From Vicugna vicugna (Eukaryota), in assembly GCA_013265495.1 (NCBI GenBank), contig MU058790.1:210948-264190 (forward strand): a DNA stretch of 53,243 bases, in the 5' to 3' direction. Shown here in pieces: positions 1 to 11,200 of the stretch (position 1 is its first letter; each line of letters opens with the position of its first letter). The position numbers and the translations under genes were made by a program. Below the pieces are notes generated by a model. It did no database searches. It had not been told where the DNA came from and saw nothing but the letters and a program-made list of their open reading frames with translations.

Positions 1-285
1 TGCAGCTCTCCTCTGCTGCGGGCGGGCGGGTCACTGCCCCTCCGGATGCCGCAGTCAGATGTTGCAGACTGGCCAGGCAGGAGGGCGGGTCGTGCCTCCT
101 CCCAGCACCTCCGTCAGGGTTTGTGTTCCTGCCAGACAGGCGTGGGGGACGCTCTCCCCCTGCCTGCGCCGCCGGTAGCTCCGCCGCTCTGTGCGGCTGC
201 GCGCTCTGCGCCGGCGCTCCGCCCTGGCCGACGCTCCGCCCCGGTCGCGCTCCGCCCCGGTCGGCGCTCCGCCCTCAGGGCCTAC
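1..285. repeat. GC/CpG-rich block with a 4-copy ~16-17 bp tandem repeat (CGCTCCGCCC...), probably a young L1 5'UTR segment
   Basis: CGCTCCGCCC units start at 215, 232, 248 and 265. Abrupt switch to AT-rich DNA near 285. Truncated by the window edge. Confidence 0.5.
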
Positions 286-2034
286 TTTTGAGGTAACTCA
301 AAGTAATGCTTTAAGTGCTGTTATAATTGCATATGAACTATGAAATGCATAGTGCCTTGTCTATTTTGAATTCTGTGACCACTGCTACTTCTATATATGT
401 GCCCTGGTTTCAGCAAATCATATTGTATGCTTGATGGCACAATCTCAAGAGAAGCTGAATGTGGGAAATTTTATTTTTAGAAGAATTGTGAATTGATGTG
501 GCTGGAATTCTGTGATTTAAAATTTTACCGTTTTAGGTCCTAGAGCCAGTTTGTTGATTTTTAATTCAGTGGGAATAAAAATGTGGTACAGCTTTATTTT
601 TCACCAGTTAACTGTCCCCCAACTGTGTCAACATTCCTTTCCCATAGATCAGATACTACCTTTCTGATATCTCAGCCAGATTCCATAACTCTCCTCTTAC
701 TGTGCCTTCCTGGAAAGAATCATTCATTTCGGAGGATTATTTCTTTCCTATCGGGAGGAAGGGGAGGAATTAGTCTGTCTTCATGACCACCTCCTAAAAG
801 ACTGGCAACCATTCTCCCTTCTGCATATATTCTCCTAAAATTAACTGGCAGAGCAGGGAGGTGTTGGGTGATGGGCAGGGTGGTACTGTCCTGGCGCACT
901 GCAGGAGGCCTGAAGGGAAGAGACTGGCCTCCACTGATGAAAGCTCCCTTGTGGATCACTGAACTTGGAGTGTGTCATTAACCTTGGGCCTTAAAATCTC
1001 ATCGACCTCCTGTTGGGGCATGTTTACTTAGTCTAACAGTAAATTAATGTGGACCTCCTGAGTTCACATCAACAAGCTTCTTAATAGGATATGTCAATTT
1101 GAGTTTTAGAGATTGATTAGGTATGATTTACTCATGAGTCAGAGTAAGCCGAAAATAAGGACAAAATCAGAAGCATCAAAAATCATGGCTAGAATAAGAC
1201 TACTGTTGGAATTAATGCTGAGAACTACAGACAGGAAACAATTAAATTCGGGGATGTTAGGGATTTAAAAATTAAATGGTAAAATGCTTGGACCATGGAT
1301 TTACTTCAGGGATAATGGGCAGAGGTGAAGGAATTATGCCCAGAAACGTTATGTTACGTAGCAGCAGTACCTAGTAACTGGGTGTAAGGAATAAAACAGA
1401 TTCAACTGGAGAGTCCTTAGAGCTGTGGGTCCTCTGGGATATTTGGGCCATTAGGATTTGTCTCAAGACATATAAGAGGGAAAAATCACTTTTGTTCATA
1501 GGAAATTCTCTTACTTCGAATGATTCCATCTCAATCATTGTGACACAAGCTATTCTGCCAAGAGTTTTTTTGGTGTGATAGAATTTTCTAGATGATGGCT
1601 ACTTTCCTGCGCAACCAGTCCCTTCTTCATCATGCCATTGCTCTAGTCCCTCTTCTCTCCTATTTCTCTCTCTCCCGCCTCTCTTTCACTCCCCTCTTTA
1701 CTTTCCTGTCCCTTCCTCCTCCCTCACTCCTTGGTGCTAATTTGGCTGTCTTCCTGTTACAGGGTTGACCCTTCACTTGGTACTCTCTAGTCAGTGAGCT
1801 TCACTCACGATTGCTTTGTGAACTTTGTTTTGTGATTGCTCTTTGCATCAAAGGACACTTCTTATTTCCTACAGAGAATTGATACCATTTTAACTGGGCT
1901 TTGCATCTCTTTCATTTAATAGAACACTTCTGAAGAATACACCTGTTTTGGGCATGTGTGATGGTTACGCTTTCCCTGTTTGGTGGAAGAAATAGAAAGT
2001 TCATAGATTTCGCAGAAAGACTTTGTTGTAGATT

Positions 2035-2160
2035 CTGATCTTCCCACTTTGTAACCTTAGGCAAGTTACTTATTTGTTCTTCATTCAGTTTTTTTTTTTA
2101 CTGTAAGTGAGGAAAATAAAAGCCACCTCCAAAGATTGTTGTGAGATAAAATGAGCTCTG
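2035..2160 (+). mobile_element. MIR SINE fragment
   Basis: gtaaccttaggcaagttactt...cagttt...ctgtaa...gattgttgtgagataaaatgag matches the MIR core. Confidence 0.65.
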
Positions 2161-3099
2161 TAATTCATAACTGTAACTGTTAACACTGTAATTTGAAAAC
2201 TTTAATTTTCTTCCTTTTTCCCCCACTTCATTTCTCATGTCTGTTCCTGATGTTCTTTACAGATTTTCAAACTAGGTCAAGATACCAAATGATCCAGTCC
2301 ATTCAAGTCCAAATGTGCAAAGTTTGAAATTTCCTTCTCTACTGTTTGATTCCTTTTCATCTGAGGGAACATTTCTTAAGTGGGTGAGTCCTACTCTGGA
2401 AGTTTCAGAATTGTAGAGATTTTTCCCCCCTATTTTCTCACATTTATTTAATTTAAATCCTGAATAATTTCTCCCCACTTAATTCTGTTATCAAGTAGTG
2501 TAAGGGACAATAATGACAGGGAAGCTCATAACAGGATAGTAAAGGTTAACAACAAAATGAGATATAACATGAGCTGCTTTTGTTTAGTGGAAATATGAGT
2601 TATTCTTCTGGAATTTTTGAGTCCGAAAGCATCCCTGGAATTAATTTACTACATGAGTTTAATGTATCATTGTGACTAAATGCTGAACCCCCAGGGTTAT
2701 TGCTTCTCACCTTGGCAATCCTTTATAAAAATTCTGTCCACTTCTCCAGGTCACACAGGAATTTTGATACTTTTCTTTTCAATCTAAAAATATCCTGTGA
2801 GGGCTAGGCAGGTTAGAGTTGTGGAATTCATTCAAAGAGAGTCTCATGTTCTGCCTTCATTTGTTCCATGAACATTTATTAAATTTCTGAAGTGGAAATA
2901 AAAATAGGATCAGGGCAGCCTCTATTCACCCACAATTCACAGTTGGATAGGAAAGGGAGATTTACAAACAGCCAGAGCTCAATTTATTTGTTGCTGTTCT
3001 TTTTAAACACGTAAACCCTAAAGGTCTCTGTTCAACCTCAAGCATGTTGTCTGCTATGGCAGGCACATTTCATTTGTTCCTCGGTAGCTGTTTTCAATC

Positions 3100-3555
3100 T
3101 TTTTCCTCACTGGCCTGCCAGGCCTCCACTGTGGAGGCTGAAAAAACCTGAGACTCGCTTCACTATTCTTCCTTGTGAATGAGATATGGGATAGAAGGGA
3201 AATTCATCTGGAGCTTCATGGAAAGTTTGTACCTTCTGAGAAAAGGAACAAAGTACATGAGGAGAAAGACCGATTTGGGTTTGATTTCTATCACATGCTG
3301 CCTTTGAATGCTTTCTTATTATTGTGATGCTTGGAGCTGGGAAAGTCTTCTTGCAATCATGAACAGTCAATGGACCAAATCCCGTATGCTAAGTATGGTA
3401 GAACTTCACAATAGAGCCTAGATCTTTGGTCACATGGGTGAGCCACCAAACCAACTTGCCATTGCTCTGCCTCCAGTAGTTTATGTCACTGTAGTTTGTT
3501 AATTATTGTTGTTCCTGGTGTCACTGTTCCTTGCTGCCCAAAGCACTTCTTATTA
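3100..3555 (+). mobile_element. Ancient MaLR LTR (MLT1-type) fragment
   Basis: gatgcttggagctg...tcttgcaatcatga, gagccaccaaaccaac and ttgctgcccaaagcac motifs typical of old MLT1 elements. Confidence 0.45.
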
Positions 3556-4137
3556 ATAGATCTGGAAAGAGTAATGTATCATGTCATTAGCATTTCAGCC
3601 TTAGTCAGCTTAATTTTTCAGACCGTGTAAGGCCTGAGCAGAACAGGTACATTTTGAACATAGTTATGGGGTGGAACATGAAAGAGACAAAATAAAAAGT
3701 GGGCCCACATGAGTGAAGGTTGTTGGGCAACAAGGAGGAAATAATACCTTAACAACAAAGAGAAGAAAAATAAAAGGGAATGCAGAGTATAAACTTTGAC
3801 TCTATAGTTGCACCTGGGGTGATCCTCGGTACAGCATTTAAAAAGAAGTAGTGTGTTTGTAATTTATTCTGTGCTGTTTAACATAATTATATGTGAACTA
3901 TAACTGATTTTTAATTCCACCCTGGATCCATCCTGATGTACAGATGGTAGTTTGAATGTTCAGAGCATGGAAATCAGTTTCATGACTGGTCTAAAGTACA
4001 CATCATTAAAAAAGATTATCTGTTATAAAAATAAATAGTTTAATATGAGTGATGGTTTGTATCCCTTGCTGTTTTGGGCTATTGATTATTCATAATCCCA
4101 ATGTTTTTGAGTTTTTAAGATGCCTTCACTCAGTGCT

Positions 4138-5105
4138 TTTTTTTAATGGAAGTATAGTCAGTTTACAATGTTGTGTCAATTTCTGGTGTACAGCATCATG
4201 TTTCAGTCATACATATACATACATATATTCCTTTCCATATTCTTTTTCATTATAGGTTACAAGAAGATATTGAATATAGTTTCCGGTGCTGTACAGTAGA
4301 GACTTGTTTATTTGTTTTATATATACTAGTTAGTATCTGCAAATCTCGAATTCCCAATTTATCCCTTCCCACCCTCTTACCCACAGTAACCATAAGTTTG
4401 TTTTCTATGTCTGTGATTCTGTTTCTGTTTTGTAAATAAGTTCATTTGTATCATTTTTTAGATTCCATGTATAAGTGATAACATGTGATATTTGTCTTTC
4501 CTCTGTCTGACTTACTTCATTTAGTATAATAATCTCTAGGTTGCATAGGATAATCTCCATGTTGCATTTCTCTGGTTTGATTTGCATTTCTCTGATAAGT
4601 AGTGATATTGAGCATTTTTTTGTTTGCCTATTGGCCATTTGTATGTCTTCATTGGAGAATTGCTTGTTTAGGTCTTCTGCCCATTTTTGGATTGAGTTGT
4701 TTGATTTTTTTTTTTGTTATTAAGTTGTATGAGCTGTTTGTATATTCTGAAAATTAAGCCCTTGTCAGTCTCAAAACTTGCAAATATTTTCTCACATTCC
4801 CTAGGTTGTCATTTCGTTTTGCTTATGGTTTCCTTCACTGTGCAAAAGCTTATAAGTTTAATTAGGACCCATTTGTTTATTTTTGCTTCTATTTATATTG
4901 CCTGGGCAGGCTGCCCTGGAAGAATATTGCTAAGATTTAGGTCAGAAAATGTTTTGCCTATGTATTCTTCTAGGAGGTTTATAGTGTCTTGTCATATGTT
5001 TAAGTCTTTAATCCATTTTGAATTTATTTTTGTGTATGGTGTGAGGGATTGTTCTAACTTCATTGATTTACATGTGGCTGTCCAGTTTCCCCAACATCAT
5101 TTACT
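4138..5105 (-). mobile_element. 5'-truncated L1 (3'UTR plus ORF2 C-terminal fragments, internal deletion near 4560)
   Basis: Poly(T) at 4138 followed by gaagtatagtcagtttacaatg. Minus-strand peptides [21 protein letters not shown] and [13 protein letters not shown] are typical of L1 ORF2. Confidence 0.9.
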
Positions 5106-5487
5106 CAATACTTGTTTTAAATCTTCAAGAAATGCCATTATGATCAGTTTGGAACTTAAAAAATTTGAAGCGTTTCTCTCAATAAATTGACTTATATGTA
5201 TCTTTCCTTTGCTTTTCATCCTTCTCTCTACGTAAAGAAATGACAGTTGTGCCTTTGAACATCCTCTTGCTCTTAGATAAGTGATATGCTGGTGTGACCC
5301 TTTCTCTTAGCACTTGTTCTACTCCGTTTATCACTTAGAGCAAATATAACAAATGTAAATTTAAAAGATATCACTGTACTATGCATGCATATTATTAAGG
5401 AATACTTACTTGCTTTAAGTATTTTCAGAAGAGCTGGTTTAGGTGGGAAAACTTTTGAATATCATTTGATAATATATATTTGAATTA

Positions 5488-5662
5488 CACTTGACCCTTG
5501 AACAACATGGGTTCCAAGAGCCCAGCTCCCCACAATATGCAGCATTTTTTAATAGTAAATCCTACAGTATGGTGTAGTCCGTGGTTGGTTGAATCCGTGG
5601 ATGTGGAGAGCCAACTATAAATTAAACTTGCATTAACCATCACATTGTTTAAGTGTCAACTG
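5488..5662. mobile_element. Tc1/mariner Tigger2-type MITE
   Basis: Terminal inverted repeats cacttgacccttgaacaac / attgtttaagtgtcaactg (Tigger2 TIR CAGTTGACCCTTGAACAAC), flanked by TA on the left and TG on the right (decayed TA TSD). Confidence 0.75.
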
Positions 5663-5969
5663 TGCTACATTGCAGGAACACTTACCATGTAAAGCAGAGT
5701 AGATCTTCATTTAGTTTTGCCTTTCTGAAGCTTTGGTATATGCTTTCAGTCATCAGAAGCTATACTTGGAATTCTGTTTATAGTCAGGAGGTATGTAATG
5801 CTTTCCTATTTAAGAAATTAAGATCAGTGTGTTGCTCTTTTGGTAGCTCTAATGATGATTGAAATTACCTTTAATGTGTGATGTGTATTCAGTTGGTTGT
5901 CATATAGAATAGCTTACTCAATAATAGTCTTATTACAAAGGTTAGTAACTTAAATGTACTAAATATTGA

Positions 5970-6310
5970 CTTTTTTTTAGTTTACATTAGGGTTTACTCT
6001 TGATGTTGTACATTCTATGGGCTTTGACAAATGCATGGTGACATGTAGCCACCACTATAGTATACAGAATAATTTCATTGCCCTAAAAATCCCTTGTGTT
6101 CCATCTATTCATTCCTCCCTCCCTCCCTCCCTCTCCCCAAGCCCTTGGAAATCATGATCTTTTTTCATTGTTTCTGTAGCTGTGCCTTTTCCAGAATGTC
6201 ATTTGGTTGGAATCATACAGTTTGTAGCCTTTTCAGACTGGCTTCTTTCATTTAGTAGTATGTCTTTTAAGTTTCCTCTATGTCTTTCATGGCTTGATAG
6301 ATTTTTTTTT
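5970..6310 (-). mobile_element. Old L1M 3'UTR fragment
   Basis: tttacattagggtttactcttgatgttgtacattctatggg...ccttttccagaatgtcat...gtagccttttcagactggcttctttcatttag. Confidence 0.8.
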
Positions 6311-6429
6311 TACTGCACATGTATTTTTAAAATTACATATATGTACTGTTCATTGTTTCTAAGAACAATCAGAGCTTTTAGCTTTTTAAACTTACATTGT
6401 TATCAAAGGAATGAAGCCAACTGCGATAT

Positions 6430-6895
6430 AAGAATTAACTCAAAAAGATACATACACCTTGCTACTAACAGCAACATTATTTACAATTGCCAAGATAGGG
6501 AAGCATCCTAAGTGCACATCAATAGTTGAATAGATAATGGAGATGCAGCATATATATATGTAATGGAATACAACTCACCCATAAAAAAGGATGTTTTGCC
6601 ATTTGCAGCCCTTCATTCACTTTTTTATTTCACTTCAAAAACCAGAACTTTATAACTGGCAGAGAACAGAGACATTTACATCAAAAACAACAAAATACCT
6701 AGACATAAACTTAACGAAGGAGGTTACCTATACTCTGAAAACCAGAATGACACAAAGAAATGGGAAGATTTCCTGTGCTCTTGGATTAGAAGAATCAACA
6801 CCATCAAAATGGCCATACTACCTGAAGCAATCCACAGATCCAATGCAACCCCCAGAACTAAAACAAACAATTCCAAAATTTGTAAGGAACCACAA
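6430..6895 (+). mobile_element. Two plus-strand L1 ORF2 fragments
   Basis: 6430-6610 is the ORF2 end (aaaagatacat...acaattgccaagata...cctaagtg). 6670-6895 encodes KYLDINLTKEV and KMAILPEAIHRSNA. Confidence 0.8.
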
Positions 6896-8335
6896 GTGTG
6901 CTTCCAGGACTTGGGTGACTGTTTCCTTTCCCAAGTTGGGGAAGTTTTCAGGTATTATCTCTCCCAAAATTTTCTCAGGTCATTTCTCTATCTCTTCTCT
7001 TTCTGGGACCCCTATAATGCAAATATTAGAGCATTTCATGTTGTCCAAGAGTTCTCTTAAACTATCCTCATTTCTTTTCATTCTTTTTTCTTTTTTCTGT
7101 TCTGAAGTAGTGATTTCCATTAATCTGTCTTCTAGCTCACTGATCCACTCTTTTGTCTCATTTAATCTATTCTTGGTTCATTCTGGTGTATTGTTGATTT
7201 CAGTGATTTTATTCTTCAGCTCTGTTTGGGCATTCTTTATATTTTCCAACTCTTTGGGAAAAACTTCACTCTGTGCGTCTATACTCCCCTTGAGTTCTCT
7301 GAACATCTTGGCCATCATTACTTTAAACTCTTTCTCAGATAAATTACCTATTTCTTCTTCTGGGATTTTATCTTGTGCCTTGGCCTGGGAGCTATTCCTT
7401 TGGTGCCTCATATCACCTATCTTTCTATGTTTGTGGATTCCTTCCACAGGCTTTGGGATTGTTGTTTTCTTATTTCTGATATCTGCCCCTGGTGGATGAG
7501 GCTGGACTAGAGGCTTATCCAGGTATCCTGGCAGGAGGAGCCGGTGCCTGCCCACTGCTGGGTGAAGCTTAGTCCTGGACCTCTGGTGGGTAGGGCTGTG
7601 TCTAGAGGCCTTTGTGGCTTAGAAAGTCTGCTGATGGGTGGGGCTGTGTTCCCACCCAGTATGTTGTTTGGCCTGAGGCTTCCCTACAGGCTATTGGGTG
7701 GGGCTAGGTCTTGGTGCTAATGATCCAATCAAGATGTCAGCCTCCAGGAAAGCTCATGTAGATTAACATTCCCGGAATGTTCGCCACCAGCTTTTATGTC
7801 CCCTGAGTGAGCCACGGCGGTCCCCCACATCCCCAGGAGACCCTCCAAATCCAGCAGGCAGGTCTGGCCCAGGTTCCTATGAAATCACTGCCTTGGACCT
7901 GATGCACGTGGGTTTCCGTGTATGCTTCTCAAGCGAATGGAGTCTCCCCTAGTCCTGTGAGGCTCCCAGATCCAAGCCCTCCCAGCCTTCAAAACCGGAT
8001 GTCCTGAGGTCTCCTTCTTTTCCCAATTCCAGGACCTGAGCTGGGAGCCCGACGTGGGGCTTAGAGCTCTCACTCCTGTGGGAGGGCCTCTGCGACTTAA
8101 CAGATCTTCAGCTTGTGGGTCTCCCACCCTGGTGGGTATGGGGCCCAATTATATCACGAGCACGCCCCTCCTGCTGTCCTGCTGTGGTTCCCTCTTTTTG
8201 TTTCCAGTTGCAGAAGATCTTTTTTGCTAGGTTCCAGTCTTTTTTCGATGGTTCTTTAGCATTCAGTTGTGGTTTTGTTGTAGTCTTGAGGAGAGGCGAG
8301 CTCGTGGTCCTACCACTCTGCTGTCTTGACCAGAA
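6896..8335 (-). mobile_element. L1/HAL1 5'UTR plus ORF1 N-terminal half
   Basis: Minus-strand ORF1 coiled-coil peptide MRHQRNSSQAKAQDKIPEEEIGNLSEKEFKVMMAKMFREL...ELKNKITEINNT. The 5' end reads ggtcaagacagcagagtggtaggac, like the L1 start aagatggcggagtag. Confidence 0.85.
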
Positions 8336-8899
8336 TTCCCTACTAAACATTGACTTTTGACCAAACTAAATATGTACTTTTCTGGAGAGCTTTTTAGGTT
8401 ATGAAAGTGTAGATGTTTGGAAACATACTTCAGGTTTATGTGTTAATTTTCAGGTGTAGTGAAGTTTTTAAATTGTTTAATCAGTGGTACATGTGATAGA
8501 CATTATCTATCCAACATGCACTACTAATTTTACTTTTATAGCAATTACCAAAATTGACTCTGAGGTCCAGAGCCTGAGTAGAACAATACCAATGGACAAA
8601 ACTGAAGCAGGTAGAAATTGATCTGATTTTAGAGGGTAGAAAGAATTTCAAAGGAAAAAAACAAGTTATGGACTCATAAATTAGAAGAAAAATTGTTGTG
8701 ACTAATTAAAATGTAAAAGTTTAGAACATCAATGTACACCACAGAAAAATGGCATCTGACTCAGAGGCTCAGTTCTCTTAACTTCTTACTAAATACCTGT
8801 TTAGATGTGAAAGTAAATGCAAACTCCCAACTTTAGAACTATTGGAAATACAGAGAAAGGGAGAGATTTTTAAACTATTTAGGAGACAGGATTTAGAGG

Positions 8900-9332
8900 A
8901 TGTCAGCATTCTCCAGAGAAACAGAACCAATGTATATGAATTATTATAAGGAATTGACTTACATGATTATAAGAGGCTGAGAAGTCTGAAGAACCAGTGA
9001 TAACCTGAAGTTCCATTCTGAGTCCAAAGGCCTGAGAAATACGACCTCAGATGGTATAAATTTTAGTCCAAGTCCAATGCTTATGTCCTGTCTTGAAGAC
9101 CATCAGGGAGAGAGAGAGAATTTTTTCTTACTGTCTTTTATTCTAATCAGGCCTTCAGTGGATCGGATGTGGTCCATTCACATTGGGGAGGACAATCTAC
9201 TCTACTTAGCCTACTGATTCAGATTCCATCTTATCCAGAAACACCCTCAGAGACACTCTGAGAAAAGTGTTTAACCATATATTCAGACACCCTGTGGCCC
9301 AGTCAAGTTGACAGTTAAAATTAACCATCACA
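8900..9332 (-). mobile_element. MLT2 (ERV-L) solo LTR
   Basis: Minus strand begins tgtgatggttaattttaactgtcaacttgactgggccacagggtg; the other end is ttctccagagaaacagaaccaa. Confidence 0.85.
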
Positions 9333-9409
9333 TGGGACTTAGTAATTGATTGGTAAAGGAAAATATGAACTCTTAAGTGGGATTCCAAGCTTCTGAATGG
9401 GGCAGCTAA

Positions 9410-10100
9410 TATTTAATAACAAACCACTCCACAACCCAGTGGCTTAAATCAATTATTTATTGTCCCTCACCCTTCTGCTTCTTGATTAGGATTAACTCTT
9501 CTAGCCTGGGCTTACCTGGACTTGATTTCAAGTTGTAGATTGGGTCCAGTTTTTGTTGACCCAACTCTCCTCCTTCTAGGGCCTATGGGCTAGCCAAGGA
9601 ATGTTCTATTAATGGCAAGCGCAGAAGTGCAAGAGCCCAAGTTCAACCACACAAGTATATGTCAAACTTGTGTTTGAATTATATAACTTAATGCATCAAA
9701 TAATCATATCAGGACAGTCAGCATCAGAGCTGGCTTTGGGTGTGACTGAAACCAAGAACAGGAACACTTGAATATCAAGTCTTTTTTTTCTCAGACTCTA
9801 TACATATGTTGGCTTTTTTCTGTCAAGCTGGGTGAGCCTTTGAGACTGGAGTTGTGGTCTCAGGCAGCTCTAGGCTTGTATTCTTTTAGCTCCAAAACCA
9901 GAAAGAAAAGAGCTTTTCTTGATAGCTCCAAATGCAAAATAATCCTGGAGGAAGACTCTAATTGGCCGGGTATAGGTCATATGCCCATCTCTAGACCAAT
10001 TACTGTAGCCAGGTGCTGTGATTGGCAACCCTACCAGAACCACAAGAAAGGGGAGTCTTGTTATCAGAAGAATGAAGGAAGATGCCCTAGGCAGAAAGAA
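9410..10100 (-). mobile_element. Old MaLR (MLT1) LTR fragments
   Basis: ataacaaaccactcc...cagtggcttaaa...tttatt, and tctaattggccgggtataggtcatatgcccatc...ccaattactgtagcc. Confidence 0.55.
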
Positions 10101-10581
10101 ACAACTGATGTCTTCCTCAGGAGAGGTTGGAAAATAGGGTTGCAAAGGCCAAGGGGCCAGGAAGTCTAAGAAAGAAGAATTAAATACAACATCAAATGCA
10201 GTCAACAGGAGCAATAATCTAAAGACTGACCTCATCCTATTGTATTTGACAATTGGGATTCATTAGAGCAGTTGCAGGAGAGCAATGGGAGAGAAGTCAG
10301 ATTACAGCAATTTGAGAAGTGACTAGGAGGTGGGTTGGACACAGAAAGTGTAGACAGGCATTTCAAAACATTAAATCTGAAGAAGATACAAACTGTATAG
10401 TAGATTGACAACAATGTATATGCATTTCAGACTTGTTTACAGGCTAAGGTTTAGGAATAAGTGAAATTGGAGATTCAGGATAAAGAAGAGCATGTTTGCT
10501 GGAACAAGGTCATGGAGGAGGGATGAGGGGATAAAGTTGAGGAAGAAGAGGTGAAGGGACTGGATTTGAAAAGGAGGCAGG

Positions 10582-10697
10582 TTGGAAGCAACCTAAGTGT
10601 CCATCAACAGATGACTGGATAAAGATGTGAGATATATCTATATCTCTATCTATCTATATATATCTTTATATACATATACATACATACATAAATACAT

Positions 10698-10741
<44 letters not shown>

Positions 10742-11200
10742 GAATATTACTCAGCCATAAAAAAGAATGAAATAATGCCATTGGCAGCAGCATGGATGGA
10801 CCTAGAGATTAACATACTAAGTGAGGTAAGACAAAGACAAAAATCATATGATATCACTTATATGTGGAATCTAAAAAAATGAGACAAATGAACTTATTTA
10901 CAAACTAGAAATAGACTCAAACATAGAAAACAAAATTATGGTTACTAAAGAGGAAAGGAGGGGAGGGATAAACTAGGAGTATGGGAATTAACAGATACAG
11001 ACTACTATATATAAAATCAGTAAATAATAAGGATTTACTGTGTAGCAGAAGGAATAATATTCAGTATCTTGAAATAACCTATACTGAAAAAGAATATGAA
11101 AAAGGATATATGTATGTATGTATAACTGGATAACTATGCTGTACACCTGAAACTAGCATGACATTGTAAATCAAATACATTTCAGTAAAAAGAAGAAAAG
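10582..11200 (+). mobile_element. 5'-truncated L1 with A-rich tail and probable TSD, inserted in L2-like sequence
   Basis: ggaagcaacctaagtgtccatcaacagatgactggataaa through the 3'UTR to an A-rich tail. Flanks aaaggaggcagg (10570-10581) / aaaggaggaagg (11201-11212). Confidence 0.88.
10701..10736. repeat. (CA)n microsatellite
   Basis: About 18 perfect CA units inside the L1, preceded by TATC/TACA repeats. Confidence 0.95.

Noticed and set aside
215..274. CRISPR-like repeat-spacer array
   Set aside because: The units are 10-bp repeats with 6-7 nt near-identical linkers in mammalian DNA, i.e. a minisatellite, and no cas genes are present.
6591..7499. Longest ORF (302 aa) as a protein-coding gene
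   Set aside because: It is a chimera of a sense L1 ORF2 fragment and the antisense strand of L1/HAL1 ORF1; the S/F/L-rich composition is the usual antisense-L1 artefact.
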